A DNA stretch of 64,000 nt from an uncultured virus (IMG/VR IMGVR_UViG_3300037237_000057). Its lineage: Duplodnaviria; Heunggongvirae; Uroviricota; Caudoviricetes. The position numbers and the translations under genes were made by a program. This document shows, in pieces, positions 17,150 to 31,600 of this stretch. Under the pieces are notes generated by a model. That model was not told where the DNA came from, ran no database searches, and worked only from the letters and a program-made list of their open reading frames with translations. The stretch lies in IMG/VR virus record IMGVR_UViG_3300037237_000057. One strand, given 5' to 3'. Every line of letters begins with the position of its first letter. Positions within the stretch are counted from its first letter, which is position 1.

Positions 17150-17869
17150 ATGTGCAAATTTGCGAGTTTTGTTCTCACCAAAGACAAGGTTTTTTGGCTC
17201 CCCGATAGCGATTCACATGAGAATATCATCACCAAGCATAACCTTCACGCCGATGGTATAAGGGGAACAAACATTCTCCGCGTTGAGATCACTCCGAGCG
17301 ACACTCAGATAGACTTTGCCGACTACGCATCGTGGGTCTATCGGATTGATCAAGATACAAGGCCGTCGTGGTTCAATGCGGAGTACGACGAAAAACGGGT
17401 AAGAGGGGAACTGATTGCCCGCGCGAAGGTCGGATTTAAGCTAATTGGTGCCACAGTCAATGACGTTATCCCACTCTGGCTCTATCCTTACCTCAAAAAA
17501 CATCGCGGAATCTTCGGCGGGAACCTCGAAGTCTGGGGCAGCGCGAAGCTCGACGCTCTGGCGCAGGTCGGCGGGAACCTCGAAGTTTTTGGCAGCGCGA
17601 AGCTCGACGCTCTGGCGCAGGTCGGCGGGAACCTCGAAGTCGGGGGCAGCGCGAAGCTCGACGCTCTGGCGCTTACCAAGGTCAGCGGGAACCTCGAAGT
17701 CTGGGGCAGCGCGAAGCTCGACGCTCTGGCGCAGGTCAGCGGGAACCTCGAAGTCGGGAGCAGCGCGAAGCTCGACGCTCTGGCGCTTACCAAGGTCGGC
17801 GGGAACCTCGAAGTCGGGGGCAGCGCGAAGCTCGACGCTCCACTACTGAAGAAGAAAGGCACGGCATGA
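17150..17869 (+). CDS. Phage protein with C-terminal LRR/receptor-L-like repeats
   Basis: MCKFASFVLTK...DSHENII N-terminal domain, then six GGNLEVxGSAKLDAL repeats. Confidence 0.8.
   Translation: MCKFASFVLTKDKVFWLPDSDSHENIITKHNLHADGIRGTNILRVEITPSDTQIDFADYASWVYRIDQDTRPSWFNAEYDEKRVRGELIARAKVGFKLIGATVNDVIPLWLYPYLKKHRGIFGGNLEVWGSAKLDALAQVGGNLEVFGSAKLDALAQVGGNLEVGGSAKLDALALTKVSGNLEVWGSAKLDALAQVSGNLEVGSSAKLDALALTKVGGNLEVGGSAKLDAPLLKKKGTA
17516..17840 (+). repeat. Six near-identical in-frame 54/60-bp tandem repeats
   Basis: Core GCGGGAACCTCGAAGTnnnnnGCAGCGCGAAGCTCGACGCTC is repeated six times. Confidence 0.95.
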
Positions 17870-17889
17870 AATTCAAGTGCGAAGTGAGA

Positions 17890-17953
17890 TATAATAGGGG
17901 TGTCGGGGCGCTAACCCCGGCAAAGCCTCATCGCCACAGGAGGGCGAATATGA
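17890..17953 (+). promoter_or_regulatory. TATAAT plus two hairpins, the second sequestering the RBS/ATG of the endonuclease gene
   Basis: TATAAT at 17890-95; TGTCGGGG/CCCCGGCA stem; TCGCC-ACAGGAG-GGCGA stem extended by TCAT/ATGA. Confidence 0.6.
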
Positions 17954-18606
17954 CACCCCTTGCAGAAGATTATCTCACTCTCACCGCTTTGCCGCAACGA
18001 GAACTACTTCCTCCGAAATCGAGTCTTCCGCCGCGTCCGTCCGAAAAGACTGTCGTTACCAATTGCTCTTATTGCGGAAAAGAAATGCTGCGTTACAGGT
18101 CCACAGTTCGCCTAGGGCGTGGTCGTCATTGTTCTCGTGCTTGCTCAAATGCTGACGCAACGTTGAGACGTAAACCTGAGCCAATACCACCTACACGCGA
18201 TTGCAAAGAGTGCGGGCAGACGTTTATTCCAACCACCCACCATCACATGTTTTGCTCAGTGAAATGCAATCATTCTTTCCATGAGAAAAATATGCCTGGA
18301 TGCTTTCTTGGGGCTTCAAAGGTGGTTAAGGGAGAGGTCGGAGAACTTCAGGTTGTCATCGATCTACTGTTGAGGGGATGGCATGTGTTCCGTCCGATGT
18401 GCTTCGGTTGCGGTTTTGACTTCTTAATTACGCGCGGAGATGAGATCAGAAAAGTGGAAGTGAAGATAGCTCACAAAAGCTGCAAGGGCGGCGCGCTTCA
18501 GATAAATCTTCGCAAAACAAACAACCCTCAATACGATGTCGTGGCAACAGTTTGGCATCGGGAGATACTCTACTCAGACAAGAAAGGCGAGACAGTATGT
18601 TTGTGA
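17950..18606 (+). CDS. Free-standing PD-(D/E)XK homing endonuclease-like protein with N-terminal Zn fingers
   Basis: Two CxxC...CSxxC fingers. GELQVVIDLLLRGWHVF...FDFLI...KVEVK resembles the group-I-intron-associated PD-(D/E)XK family. Lower GC than flanks. Confidence 0.75.
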   Translation: MTPLAEDYLTLTALPQRELLPPKSSLPPRPSEKTVVTNCSYCGKEMLRYRSTVRLGRGRHCSRACSNADATLRRKPEPIPPTRDCKECGQTFIPTTHHHMFCSVKCNHSFHEKNMPGCFLGASKVVKGEVGELQVVIDLLLRGWHVFRPMCFGCGFDFLITRGDEIRKVEVKIAHKSCKGGALQINLRKTNNPQYDVVATVWHREILYSDKKGETVCL

Positions 18607-20483
18607 AAAGTTTGCATTTGTATAACTGGCTTTCTCATGCGGACAACCTGCTTGAATTTGAAAAGCTAGTTTCCATTCGCGGCGAGAACGGCGCTGGCAA
18701 GTCCAGCATCGAGCAGGCCATCGAGATGCTACTCACTGGCCGCAGCGCGTCAACCGACGACAAGGGCTCGGGATCCCGTGACCTGATCCGCCGCGGTCTC
18801 GACAAGTGCGCGATTACCGCCGAGATCGAGGACGGGGCCCGCACGATCAAGATTCGGTGCTCGATCACCGAGAAATCCGGCCGCACCGTCATATTGAAGG
18901 ATCCAGCCGATGAATCCTGGACCGGCTCTGACTATGTGACCATGCTGGCCATGAAGCGGGAGGTACTCGATTGCCTAATCAATGGTCGTTACTTCATCGA
19001 CATGGACGATGCGCGGCAGAAGAAGCTGCTGGCGGGTATCGTCCTGCCCGTGTCTGTGGTCTGGGACGACTGGGTGGAGTCAGCAGTCAACCAGTGTGCC
19101 CTCCGTGTGGATTGGAGCCTCAAAGCATTCGACATCATTGCTTTGGCCTACGACCTGGCGTACAAGGAACGGACAATCATCAACCGCCTCATCAAGGAGT
19201 GGGTTGAGCCCGAGTCAGTGGCGCCTCCCGGGGAAGTGGATGCGGCTGCTATCAGGAACCGCCTCCAGGTCCGGCAGAACGAGCGGACGGATCTCGCGGT
19301 GAAGAAGCAAAAGGTTACAGACAAGTGGCAGAGGGCGCAGGATGCCAAGGCGAAAGCGACCGAGCGGATTGGTGGGCTTGAGATGCGTCTCGCTACCGAG
19401 CAGTCGCGCCGTGCCGACATTGCCAAGGGGCTGCTGTCGAAGAAGGCCTTCGGTGAGGCTGGCAAGCTGGCAGCTGGTGCGGATAAGGCAAAGGAGATTG
19501 ACGGCAAGATTCAGGCAAACGCCGGCACGCTTGCCGAGGGACGGCGCCTGCTGGCCAAGTTGAATGACCTGGGCGAGTCTGGCGTGTGTCCAACCTGCAC
19601 CCAGCCTGTCACAGACGCGGAGTTTGAGAGCATTACCAAGCCTCACATTGAGGCACAGAGCATCCTGCTCGACGCCGAGCGCAACCTCCAGGCGGAGCGT
19701 AAGGAATTGGGAGACTGGGAAGGCGCCGTCAGAGTCCTGGCCGACCACGAGCAGGCCGAGAAGACCCTGAAGCTGGTCGACGACCACATTACAGGCATCG
19801 AGAAAGACATCTCAGACCTCAAGAAGGAGACTCCATCAGACGAGTCCCAGCCCGATACGACCGAGTTAGACGCCAAGATTGCCGACTTAGACGCTCGGAT
19901 ACAGAAAGGGAATGCCGCGCTGACGGCAGCCGTTCAGGCCGAGACAGGACGCGAGCAGTATGCCAAGGCGATGGAAGCCAAAAAGAAGCTCGACGCCAAG
20001 AGGGACCTGCTGGAGCGCTTGATTGAGTATTTTGGGGCCAAAGGCATTCAGGCCAAACTGCTGGACGAGCATGTGGGAGGATTCCAGAAGTCGATGAATG
20101 CGGTGCTGGCCGGTTGGGGATTCGAGGCGCATCTCCAGTTTGAGCCGTTTGACTTCAGCCTGTCGTTCACAGGGAAAGAGAAGGTGTACAACCTGCGAAC
20201 GATCTCCAAGAGCCAGAAACATGCCTTTGCAATTGCATTCCAGGTGGCTCTGGCCAAGACTACGGGGCTCAATTTCATTGTGGTCGATGAGGCCGATGTT
20301 TTTATGGACGCCAACCGGAGCCAGATGTACCGGGCACTGGTGGGCGCAGGACTCGACCAGGTTATCGTGATGCAGTCGGACCTCAGGAGAGAGATTCCCA
20401 AGGTGCCGAATTCGGTTTTCTACATGCTCTCGCTCGACCGCTCCGGGGCTGTCCCGGCTACGGTGGTGGAGCGGCTGACGTAA
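18597..20483 (+). CDS. SbcC/Rad50-like SMC-type ATPase
   Basis: Walker [10 protein letters not shown], coiled coils with a central CPTC Zn hook, ISKSQ signature and Walker B IVVDEAD. Confidence 0.85.
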   Translation: MFVKSLHLYNWLSHADNLLEFEKLVSIRGENGAGKSSIEQAIEMLLTGRSASTDDKGSGSRDLIRRGLDKCAITAEIEDGARTIKIRCSITEKSGRTVILKDPADESWTGSDYVTMLAMKREVLDCLINGRYFIDMDDARQKKLLAGIVLPVSVVWDDWVESAVNQCALRVDWSLKAFDIIALAYDLAYKERTIINRLIKEWVEPESVAPPGEVDAAAIRNRLQVRQNERTDLAVKKQKVTDKWQRAQDAKAKATERIGGLEMRLATEQSRRADIAKGLLSKKAFGEAGKLAAGADKAKEIDGKIQANAGTLAEGRRLLAKLNDLGESGVCPTCTQPVTDAEFESITKPHIEAQSILLDAERNLQAERKELGDWEGAVRVLADHEQAEKTLKLVDDHITGIEKDISDLKKETPSDESQPDTTELDAKIADLDARIQKGNAALTAAVQAETGREQYAKAMEAKKKLDAKRDLLERLIEYFGAKGIQAKLLDEHVGGFQKSMNAVLAGWGFEAHLQFEPFDFSLSFTGKEKVYNLRTISKSQKHAFAIAFQVALAKTTGLNFIVVDEADVFMDANRSQMYRALVGAGLDQVIVMQSDLRREIPKVPNSVFYMLSLDRSGAVPATVVERLT

Positions 20484-20577
20484 GCCATTGACCTTGCCCC
20501 ACGGGCAAGCGCGCGGGCGGGTATGCGAGGTACCAGCAGCCCGCCGCGCGTCACAATTCAACAGCAAGGAGAACGAT

Positions 20578-20784
20578 ATGCGCGGAACGGTAGTGTGGTT
20601 TTCTGCACCCAAGGGCTTTGGGTTCCTCAAGGGCATGGATGGCAAGGATGTGTTCTGCCACTTCACGGCGCTCCAGATGGACGGCTACAAGGCCCTCAAG
20701 CCTGGGCAGGATGTGGAGTTTGAGATTGTCGCTGGCGAGAAGGGTCCGCAGGCGGCTGACGTTGTGGTGCTGGAGAAGGAATGA
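20578..20784 (+). CDS. cspA: Cold-shock domain protein
   Basis: [17 protein letters not shown] (RNP1), DVFCHF (RNP2), [17 protein letters not shown]. Confidence 0.95.
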   Translation: MRGTVVWFSAPKGFGFLKGMDGKDVFCHFTALQMDGYKALKPGQDVEFEIVAGEKGPQAADVVVLEKE

Positions 20785-21341
20785 AGCCTCCCGGCATCGG
20801 CGCCCTATTCCCCAAAGTTGCCAAAAGCAACTTCATAAACCTCACGCGCACACGCTACGAGGCTATGATGAAGCGGCTGGCAAAGAAGAAGTCTATTGAT
20901 CCAGATATGCCGCCATTCTCGCTTAGTCAATACAGGGAGTTTGTGCTTGGAGGCATTGGGGGATTTGAAGACGGCGCACGGCAATGCCGGTACTGCGGGG
21001 GCTATTTCAATTATGAGGATCTCGCCACCGACCACGCCGTACCACTCAGTTGCGGGGGCTCGCCAGGATTAGATAACCTCGATCTTCCTTGCGCCGGGTG
21101 TAACGCACAAAAAGGCGAGACGACGCCGGATGAATGGCTTTCGCTTCTAAGGTTCCTGGAAGAGAAACTTCCACGGGCGCGAATTGGCATCTTGAATCGC
21201 CTGCAAACCTACAGTAAATTGATCGCGGGGATGCGCAGCGATGCTCCAATCAAGGGGGAACTAAAAGCGTCTGGTCAATGGCAGCAGGCGCAAACCATAA
21301 GAAGAATGCGGCAGAAGGAAAGCCACCTACCACCGTTTTGA
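20781..21341 (+). CDS. HNH endonuclease
   Basis: CRYCG...[10 protein letters not shown]...NL..C..CN..KG. Confidence 0.85.
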   Translation: MKPPGIGALFPKVAKSNFINLTRTRYEAMMKRLAKKKSIDPDMPPFSLSQYREFVLGGIGGFEDGARQCRYCGGYFNYEDLATDHAVPLSCGGSPGLDNLDLPCAGCNAQKGETTPDEWLSLLRFLEEKLPRARIGILNRLQTYSKLIAGMRSDAPIKGELKASGQWQQAQTIRRMRQKESHLPPF

Positions 21342-21352
21342 GGAGTTCAAGT

Positions 21353-21955
21353 ATGTCAATTTCACGTCTCACCAAGGAAACTCTTTACCTCCGCAAGGAA
21401 TTCACGGAGGCCGAGCGTCTGACAATGGCCACAGACTTGGCACAGGCGCATAATCGTATGCAGGCCATCGAGGACGAAGAGTCCGTGATGAAGGCGCAAA
21501 TCAAGGAGCGCAAAACCGCCGTCGAGCAGAGCGTTGGTTCGCTCTCGCGGAAGTTGATTGACGGCTATTACATGGAGAATGTGCTCTGCGAACTCCGTTA
21601 CGATTTCCCGAATGTGGGTGAAGTTACCTATGTCAGCGACGGCGAGCGCATCGAGAAGGTGCGGGCGATGACCACAGCCGAGCGCCAGGCAGAACTCCCG
21701 TTTGAGGAGAAGACGGACGAGCAGGCCGCAGTCGTGGTTGAGCAGTCGCAGGCGGCTGTCGAGGGATTCTTCCAGCAGCCAGCAGAAGCAGCGTTCCCGA
21801 TCGCCAAGGACCTGGACGCGGTGCCCGAGGCGACGGCGACTGACAATGCGGAGAACCCGCCAATCGAGACGCTTGAGCCTCCACCAGCGAAGCCATCAGG
21901 CCGCAAGCCCAAAGGTTTTGACAAGCCACTTAACCAGCCAGACGAGAAGTGGTAG
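21353..21955 (+). CDS. Hypothetical phage protein (coiled coil, acidic tail)
   Basis: GAGGAG RBS; RAMTTAERQAEL motif. Confidence 0.65.
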   Translation: MSISRLTKETLYLRKEFTEAERLTMATDLAQAHNRMQAIEDEESVMKAQIKERKTAVEQSVGSLSRKLIDGYYMENVLCELRYDFPNVGEVTYVSDGERIEKVRAMTTAERQAELPFEEKTDEQAAVVVEQSQAAVEGFFQQPAEAAFPIAKDLDAVPEATATDNAENPPIETLEPPPAKPSGRKPKGFDKPLNQPDEKW

Positions 21956-21988
21956 CCTAAACGAAGTTGTAACCACAGAGGTAGCAGC

Positions 21989-22309
21989 ATGTTGTTTAAT
22001 CAGCATCGGCAAATCATGGAAGCGATTGCCGAACTTCAGAAGGAGATACAAGCCATGGCAACAAATCCCCTCCCGGGACTGACCGCCCTCACGCAAGCTG
22101 TGAGCGACCTCACCGCTGCTATTTCAGCAGCCGCAACCGAAATCGGAGATGCCGTCGCTTCGCTTCAATCGAGCGAAGATCCCCAGGTCCAAACCGCAGC
22201 CGCTGCCATCGAAACGCAGGTTATCGCGCTCCAGACAGCAACTGCTAGCCTGCAGGCGGCTCTCAATCCCACACCAGTAACTCCCCCGGCCAGCAGCAGC
22301 CGGCTCTAA
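21989..22309 (+). CDS. Small Ala-rich coiled-coil protein
   Basis: GAGG RBS, with a second AGGAG + ATG at 22055. Confidence 0.6.
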   Translation: MLFNQHRQIMEAIAELQKEIQAMATNPLPGLTALTQAVSDLTAAISAAATEIGDAVASLQSSEDPQVQTAAAAIETQVIALQTATASLQAALNPTPVTPPASSSRL

Positions 22310-22315
22310 GGTCCC

Positions 22316-23635
22316 ATGAACGAGCAAGGCAATAACGAGCAAGGCAATTTCGATGTGCAGGCGGAAAGAGTCGTCTTGGGCTGCATCCTGCTAGAACAGA
22401 GCATGTATGTTGAAGCATCCGACCGTCTGCGCATCGATGATTTCTACCTCGCCTCGCACCGCATCCTCTTCGAACGGATGGGGGACCTCTACCGCAAGGC
22501 GCGATCTATTGATTTCGTAACACTCCAGCAAATCATGGGCCAGGATGAGATTGCCGCTGTCGGCGGGGTCTCCTACATCTGCGACCTTACCAACGGTCTC
22601 CCACGGCGTCTGGCCATCAAAGAGTATGCCGCCATCGTTGCCCAGAAAGCGTTACTGAGGCGCATCGAACAGACCTGCCAGCAGGCAGCTAACCGCGCGG
22701 CTGAGGAGAATGCTGACCCGGAGGCCATTCTCAACCAGACAATCCGCTCGCTCGAGGATGCCGTACTGACCAATCCAGCAGACTCAGACCTTGAATCAGT
22801 TGGCCAGTGGCTTGCGACCAATGACGTGTTTGAGGAGCGAATACCGGGGATATTTACCGGTCTTGAGGACTACGACGAGATCACATTCGGCTTGCACCCT
22901 GGGGAGTTGACGGTGTTTGCTGGGAGGACGGGCATGGGCAAGACCAGCCATTGCGGGACTATCGGCTACCAGATGGCGCTGAGGGGCAAGTGTGTAGCCA
23001 TCTTTTTGAATGAGCAGCAAAAGGCGTCTTTCTTGGGGCGTATGCTCTGCGGGCGTTCGGGCGTATCGTTCAAATCCTACAGGCGCGGACAGTTGGACAT
23101 GATCGAGAAAATCTACATCCAGGATGCAGTCGAGGAGTTCAAGAAACTCCCTATCTTCTGGGACCAGCGGGGCAGTATGAGTGTGGCATCGATCCGCGCC
23201 AAGGCTGCCAGACTGAAGCGGAATGGGGAACTGGACGTGATTCTGATAGATCAGCTGTCGAGGGTCTCGGGCGAGGGCATCTACCAGAAGGGGATGCGCG
23301 GGGACGAGGTTATAGGAGAGAAGGTGTCAGCCATCAAGGGTATCGGCGTGGACCTGGGCGTACCGGTGGGGCTCTACCACCAGCTAAACCGGGATACGAC
23401 ACGCAATGACGAGAGCAGGCCGACGCTTGCCAACCTCAAGGGGTCGGGAGCGATTGAGGAACATGCCGACAATGTGGCTATGTTTCACCGTACCGGGTAC
23501 TACAAACGGGACAAGGCGACGGAGAATGACGCTGAAATCGTAATCGCCAAACAGCGTGACGGCCAGACCGGGACCGTGCATTGCGAGTTTCTTGGGTACA
23601 ACTGCCGGTGGCAGGACAGGAGCAGAAAACCATGA
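22316..23635 (+). CDS. dnaB: Replicative DNA helicase
   Basis: N-domain AERVVLG...DFY..HR; Walker A GRTGMGKT; QLNR...RPTLANLKGSGAIEEHAD; IAKQRDG. Confidence 0.95.
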   Translation: MNEQGNNEQGNFDVQAERVVLGCILLEQSMYVEASDRLRIDDFYLASHRILFERMGDLYRKARSIDFVTLQQIMGQDEIAAVGGVSYICDLTNGLPRRLAIKEYAAIVAQKALLRRIEQTCQQAANRAAEENADPEAILNQTIRSLEDAVLTNPADSDLESVGQWLATNDVFEERIPGIFTGLEDYDEITFGLHPGELTVFAGRTGMGKTSHCGTIGYQMALRGKCVAIFLNEQQKASFLGRMLCGRSGVSFKSYRRGQLDMIEKIYIQDAVEEFKKLPIFWDQRGSMSVASIRAKAARLKRNGELDVILIDQLSRVSGEGIYQKGMRGDEVIGEKVSAIKGIGVDLGVPVGLYHQLNRDTTRNDESRPTLANLKGSGAIEEHADNVAMFHRTGYYKRDKATENDAEIVIAKQRDGQTGTVHCEFLGYNCRWQDRSRKP

Positions 23636-23949
23636 GCAAATTCCGACCTTTGGCAGACCGCATCCTAGTCCTGCCCAACCGTCCGCCCGTCAAAACTGGT
23701 GGACTCGCCGCGCCGCCGAGCCAAGAGGAGGAGCCGACGCAGGGGATTGTTGTGGCGGCCGGACCCGGTGCCGAGAAGACCATCAGCCGCGCTACTGTAT
23801 CCGGCTTCGATGTCCACAAGGGGAATCTTAACGGAGTGGCTGTCAGAGAAACCGTCCAGTGGGCTAAGTATGCAGGCCGCGACGTCGAGCACAACGGAGT
23901 TAAACACCGGCTGCTGAGGCTGGAGGAAATTGAGGGGGTTATCGAATGA
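23632..23949 (+). CDS. groES: Co-chaperonin GroES (Cpn10)
   Basis: FRPLADRILV, KTGGL mobile loop, GIVVAAGPG, KYAG..V; AGGAG RBS. Confidence 0.85.
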   Translation: MSKFRPLADRILVLPNRPPVKTGGLAAPPSQEEEPTQGIVVAAGPGAEKTISRATVSGFDVHKGNLNGVAVRETVQWAKYAGRDVEHNGVKHRLLRLEEIEGVIE

Positions 23950-24166
23950 AAGTCCTAACCGACAAGCAGAAGAACGATGTTTTGATGTGTGCGCTTGTTG
24001 CCGCGCTCAAACAAAGCCTCAACTGCGAAGAGGCTGTCGCGGTCGAGGCTGCTGTCCTACTATTCATCGTAACCAGGCAGGCAATGTTCCCGGAGGCATC
24101 CCATGAGCAGGTCCAATCGCTGATCGACCAGTTAGACGAGGTTCTGACGAAAGAAGAGAGGGCGGC

Positions 24167-24170
<4 letters not shown>
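23946..24170 (+). CDS. Hypothetical protein
   Basis: 74 aa, ATGA-coupled on both sides. Confidence 0.6.
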
Positions 24171-28026
<3,856 letters not shown>

Positions 28027-28605
28027 TTAGAAGTTCTTCCACTCGTCAGCGTCGATCGTGGGCGGCTCTGTAATCTTGCGCACGCGCTCCCGTATGACCT
28101 CATCATCAGGCGCGCGCTGAGTTACAACCTGGTGAGTCTCGGTGATCTGATGGGTAATGATGGTCTGTTCCTGAGCCCGGTAGATGCGCGGTGCCTCCTG
28201 CTGGGATGGGCCGCTCGATGCGTCTGGAACAAAGTTGCCGTCAATCAACAAGCCCACGCGCTGATAGCCAAGTTCAATGGCTTTGACCTTCGGTGTCGCC
28301 AGGGTGGGCGTCTCAATCAGCGTCTTGCGCGGGATCCGCACGACTTCCATGAGGCTCTTATCCAGCATCTCGACGTTGACCACCCTCTTCTTGGCGAGTT
28401 GCTTGTCCGCCTCCGCCGTGATGTTCCCCATCCTCTCGGTGATGAGTTCATGGATGGGCTTGCGGCGATAGAGTCCAACTCCTGCTTTCGAGGCGTAACC
28501 GGCTTCAACGGCTGCTTTCTCCACATCCCGGTATGAGCAGTAAGCGTCAACAAACTTGTATTCCTTAGCCGTGAGCGGCGGATTGTTTACTATGATCTCG
28601 CCCAT
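28027..28605 (-). CDS. terS: Terminase small subunit
   Basis: LTAKEYKFVDAY...AAVEAGYA HTH, immediately upstream of terL. Confidence 0.8.
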   Translation of the reverse strand: MGEIIVNNPPLTAKEYKFVDAYCSYRDVEKAAVEAGYASKAGVGLYRRKPIHELITERMGNITAEADKQLAKKRVVNVEMLDKSLMEVVRIPRKTLIETPTLATPKVKAIELGYQRVGLLIDGNFVPDASSGPSQQEAPRIYRAQEQTIITHQITETHQVVTQRAPDDEVIRERVRKITEPPTIDADEWKNF

Positions 28606-31600
28606 CAGATAACTCCCTTATCCTGTGCCGCCTCCGGCTGCTGGCTTGCCTCACCCATGGCCTTGTCGAACGCCTTGTAGAGTTTGTCCTGCTGTTCCTC
28701 GTCGGTCACTTTCTCGATGTCCCGCTCATGCCGATCAAGAATCGGCTCCATCTCCTCCCGCTCGTCCGCGGACGCCTTCTCCCACACGTTCAGCATTTGC
28801 TCAATTGTAAGGTTTTTGACGGCGCGGACAATAGGAGGCTCATCGGACTCCCGCTCAGCCCTGCGCACGTCCTTGTCTGTGACCTTGCCCTCGTCCACGT
28901 ACTTGTCAATCTGGGTTTGGTCTATGTCGCCGGTGCGGTACATCTCGGAGATGGCGTCGAGGGCTTGGTAGTGTGCGGTCTGCTCTGCCGTCTTGGTGCC
29001 GGGGGGTCGATTGGCCTGGTTGTACTCGCGGGCGGCATTGATGGCGGGACTGTTTTGAATGAATGCTGGCGCTGGCTGGAATCCGAGTTGACCGAGAGCG
29101 ACGTCGCCGGGGTGCTTCTTTGCTTCGGCCAGCATCTCTTGGAGCGATGGTCCTGAGCCCCGCTGCTGGAGAAGTTTCTCTGCGCCAGACACCGAGAACG
29201 GAATAGCTTGAGCCGCTGCCCAGCGGGAGAACTCGGCCAGTTGCTTCATAACTGGATCATCTTTGTGGCGAATCTCTGTTCCGTAGAAGTCTCGATTCTC
29301 GATAGCCTCGGCGGTCGCACCCCAGATTGGAGCCATCTTGTTGAGCACGGTCTTGCCTGGGGCGTTGGCGAAGGAGAATACATCCTTCATATACCCAGGG
29401 ATTGAGTGCCGCTCGCCGTTGGTTGTCTTCGGGTAGAAGTAGTCCTTCCATGTCTCCGGCTTCTTTCCAGTCCAGAGATAGTTCAGGACGCCGCCAAAGA
29501 GAGCGCTGACCAGAGGCAGAGCGATGCCGAATGCGAGGCGTGGAGTTACGCGCGGTATCTGTCCTGTGCCCGCACGTCCTGCGGCCTTGCCAACATCGGC
29601 CACCGCGCCACCTAGTTCCCGGTAGCTGCCAAAGTTCCACCCTACTGAGCGAGTCGAGAGGTTGAGAGCGTCTCTGACTCCCTTGTGCCAGAAGAGATTG
29701 TCATAGACCACCTGGCCAAAGCGGTTGTCGATCGAGTCCCACGCCTCCTGCATCCGCGAGCGCGTGAGGGTCTCAGTCCAGCCCTGCTTTTGTGCGCTGT
29801 CGAGAATGTCGTGGGCCATGCCGTAGAAGGCTCCGAGTTTCATCCGTGGCACATAGAAGTCCATGACGGGCGCGACCGCCGCATGGAGGATGGCTGCGGG
29901 GATCGGCGTGAGGCCTTCCAGTACCGCACCATTGCGCCATGCGTTGATAACCTTGTCGAGCGGTTTGAGTTCGATGGTGTTCTGGCGAATACGGCCGCCG
30001 GCTGATGCCAATGCTTTCGCTTCCTCGGCCATCTTTGCGTAGCTTCCGGGGGTCAGATATTCGCGCATGAGCCGGGAGCCATTGACCATCGTATGCAGCA
30101 GCGACGGAAAGACAGATGCGCCCTTGGCGAGCGATAACCCCGCGCGCAGGGGTTTACCCTCGGCGAGCTGTTGGATGCCCAAGGCAACGTCAGAGGTCGC
30201 GGCGTTGATGCTCGTGGTCGAAGCATGGAAGGCCGAGATGCCAAGCTGGAGAGCGTTAAGGTTCTGGTTGGCCCAGTTGAGCGTGTCGTAGATGGTGGAG
30301 CGGCCAGCCATGCCGCGAGAAACAAAGTTGTTGAAGATGCGCGCGGCCTCGGCGGGCGCGTAGTAGTGGCCGCGAATGTAAAGATGGCCCTCGTCGTCAT
30401 AGTTCTGGACGGTCCCGATGCGGTCGTCGAGCTGGGTCCAGCCCTCGGGTGGCTGCTTGCCAATGCGGACCATCTTCGCCGTGCCGGAGTCCTGCATCAT
30501 CTTCAATGTTTGGTGACCCATCAAGAACTGCGCCATCTCCGCGTACTTGGTCAGGAACGAATCGACGGGATTCCAACTGACCGGCTTGAATCCAAGGTCG
30601 ATACCGTCCTGCATGGTCGGGATGGTGCGCTGCTTGAGGAATGATCCTTTTCCCGCGAACGGCTTCTTGCCGGTGATGAGAGCCTTGATGGTGGCCGATA
30701 CCTGCGACGGGCGCTCCCAGATGTGCGGGAAGTAATTCTCGATGTAGTCTTGCAGGACTTCGGGCTTGAGCGCCTGGAGTTGGCCGCGCATGGAGTCGAA
30801 CGCGCCCTTGAAGAGATTGGCGAGAGCCTGGTCCCTGGGTGCCAGCGTGTCCACCCTGCCGGACTCGACGGCGTTCCAGAACTTCATGGAGTCGTCGCGG
30901 GTACGGGTGCGCCATTCCTTCGATGCGTCCTTGAGTTTGTGAATGGCGATAGCGACCTTGCGGTCCATCTCGCCGCGCGTCTCGCGCATCATGGCGCGCT
31001 GGGTGTCACCGTGGCCTGGGGCGTCGGAGAGCCAGTCGGCCATGCGGTCGCCAATGTCGGGGAATAGGCGGTTAAAGAGTTGGGGATCGGCAAAGCCGGT
31101 GTAGAACGTGCTACCAAGGTCGGACTTCTTTTGCTTGGCTTCGGCTGCGGACTTCTCCATGTTTGCAAGGTTCTCTTTCGCCGCATCAAGTTTCTCTTGA
31201 AGGAACTGCTTGTCTTTGGGTTCGGCGCGCTCCAAGTCCTGCTCGGTCTCTTCAATCTCTGCCTTGTACTGCCGCATCAGATTTGCGGTATCGAGTTCCT
31301 TTGGCGCGCGCGGCACAGATCGCGGCGTCGTTCCTGGGATGGTCGATGAGGGTTTCGAGAATGCCGCCGGGGCAGAGCGAAGTATCTTGTCGATGGCCGC
31401 TGGTTGGTTGAGAACAAGGAATTTACCATCACCGGGAACCTCGATGCGGATAAACTCGTCTGGGAATTTCTCTGGCCGCTGTTCTGGCTTCTTGAGATAC
31501 TCGTTCTTTTTGACGACAGCCTTCCAGTCGAGTACACCATTGACGCCGGGGACCGTCTCGTATTTTTCAAGCCACGCATCGCGTACAGGTTCAAGCGCCT

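Noticed and set aside
17516..17840. CRISPR array
   Set aside because: Units are in-frame coding repeats without unique spacers, and there are no cas genes.
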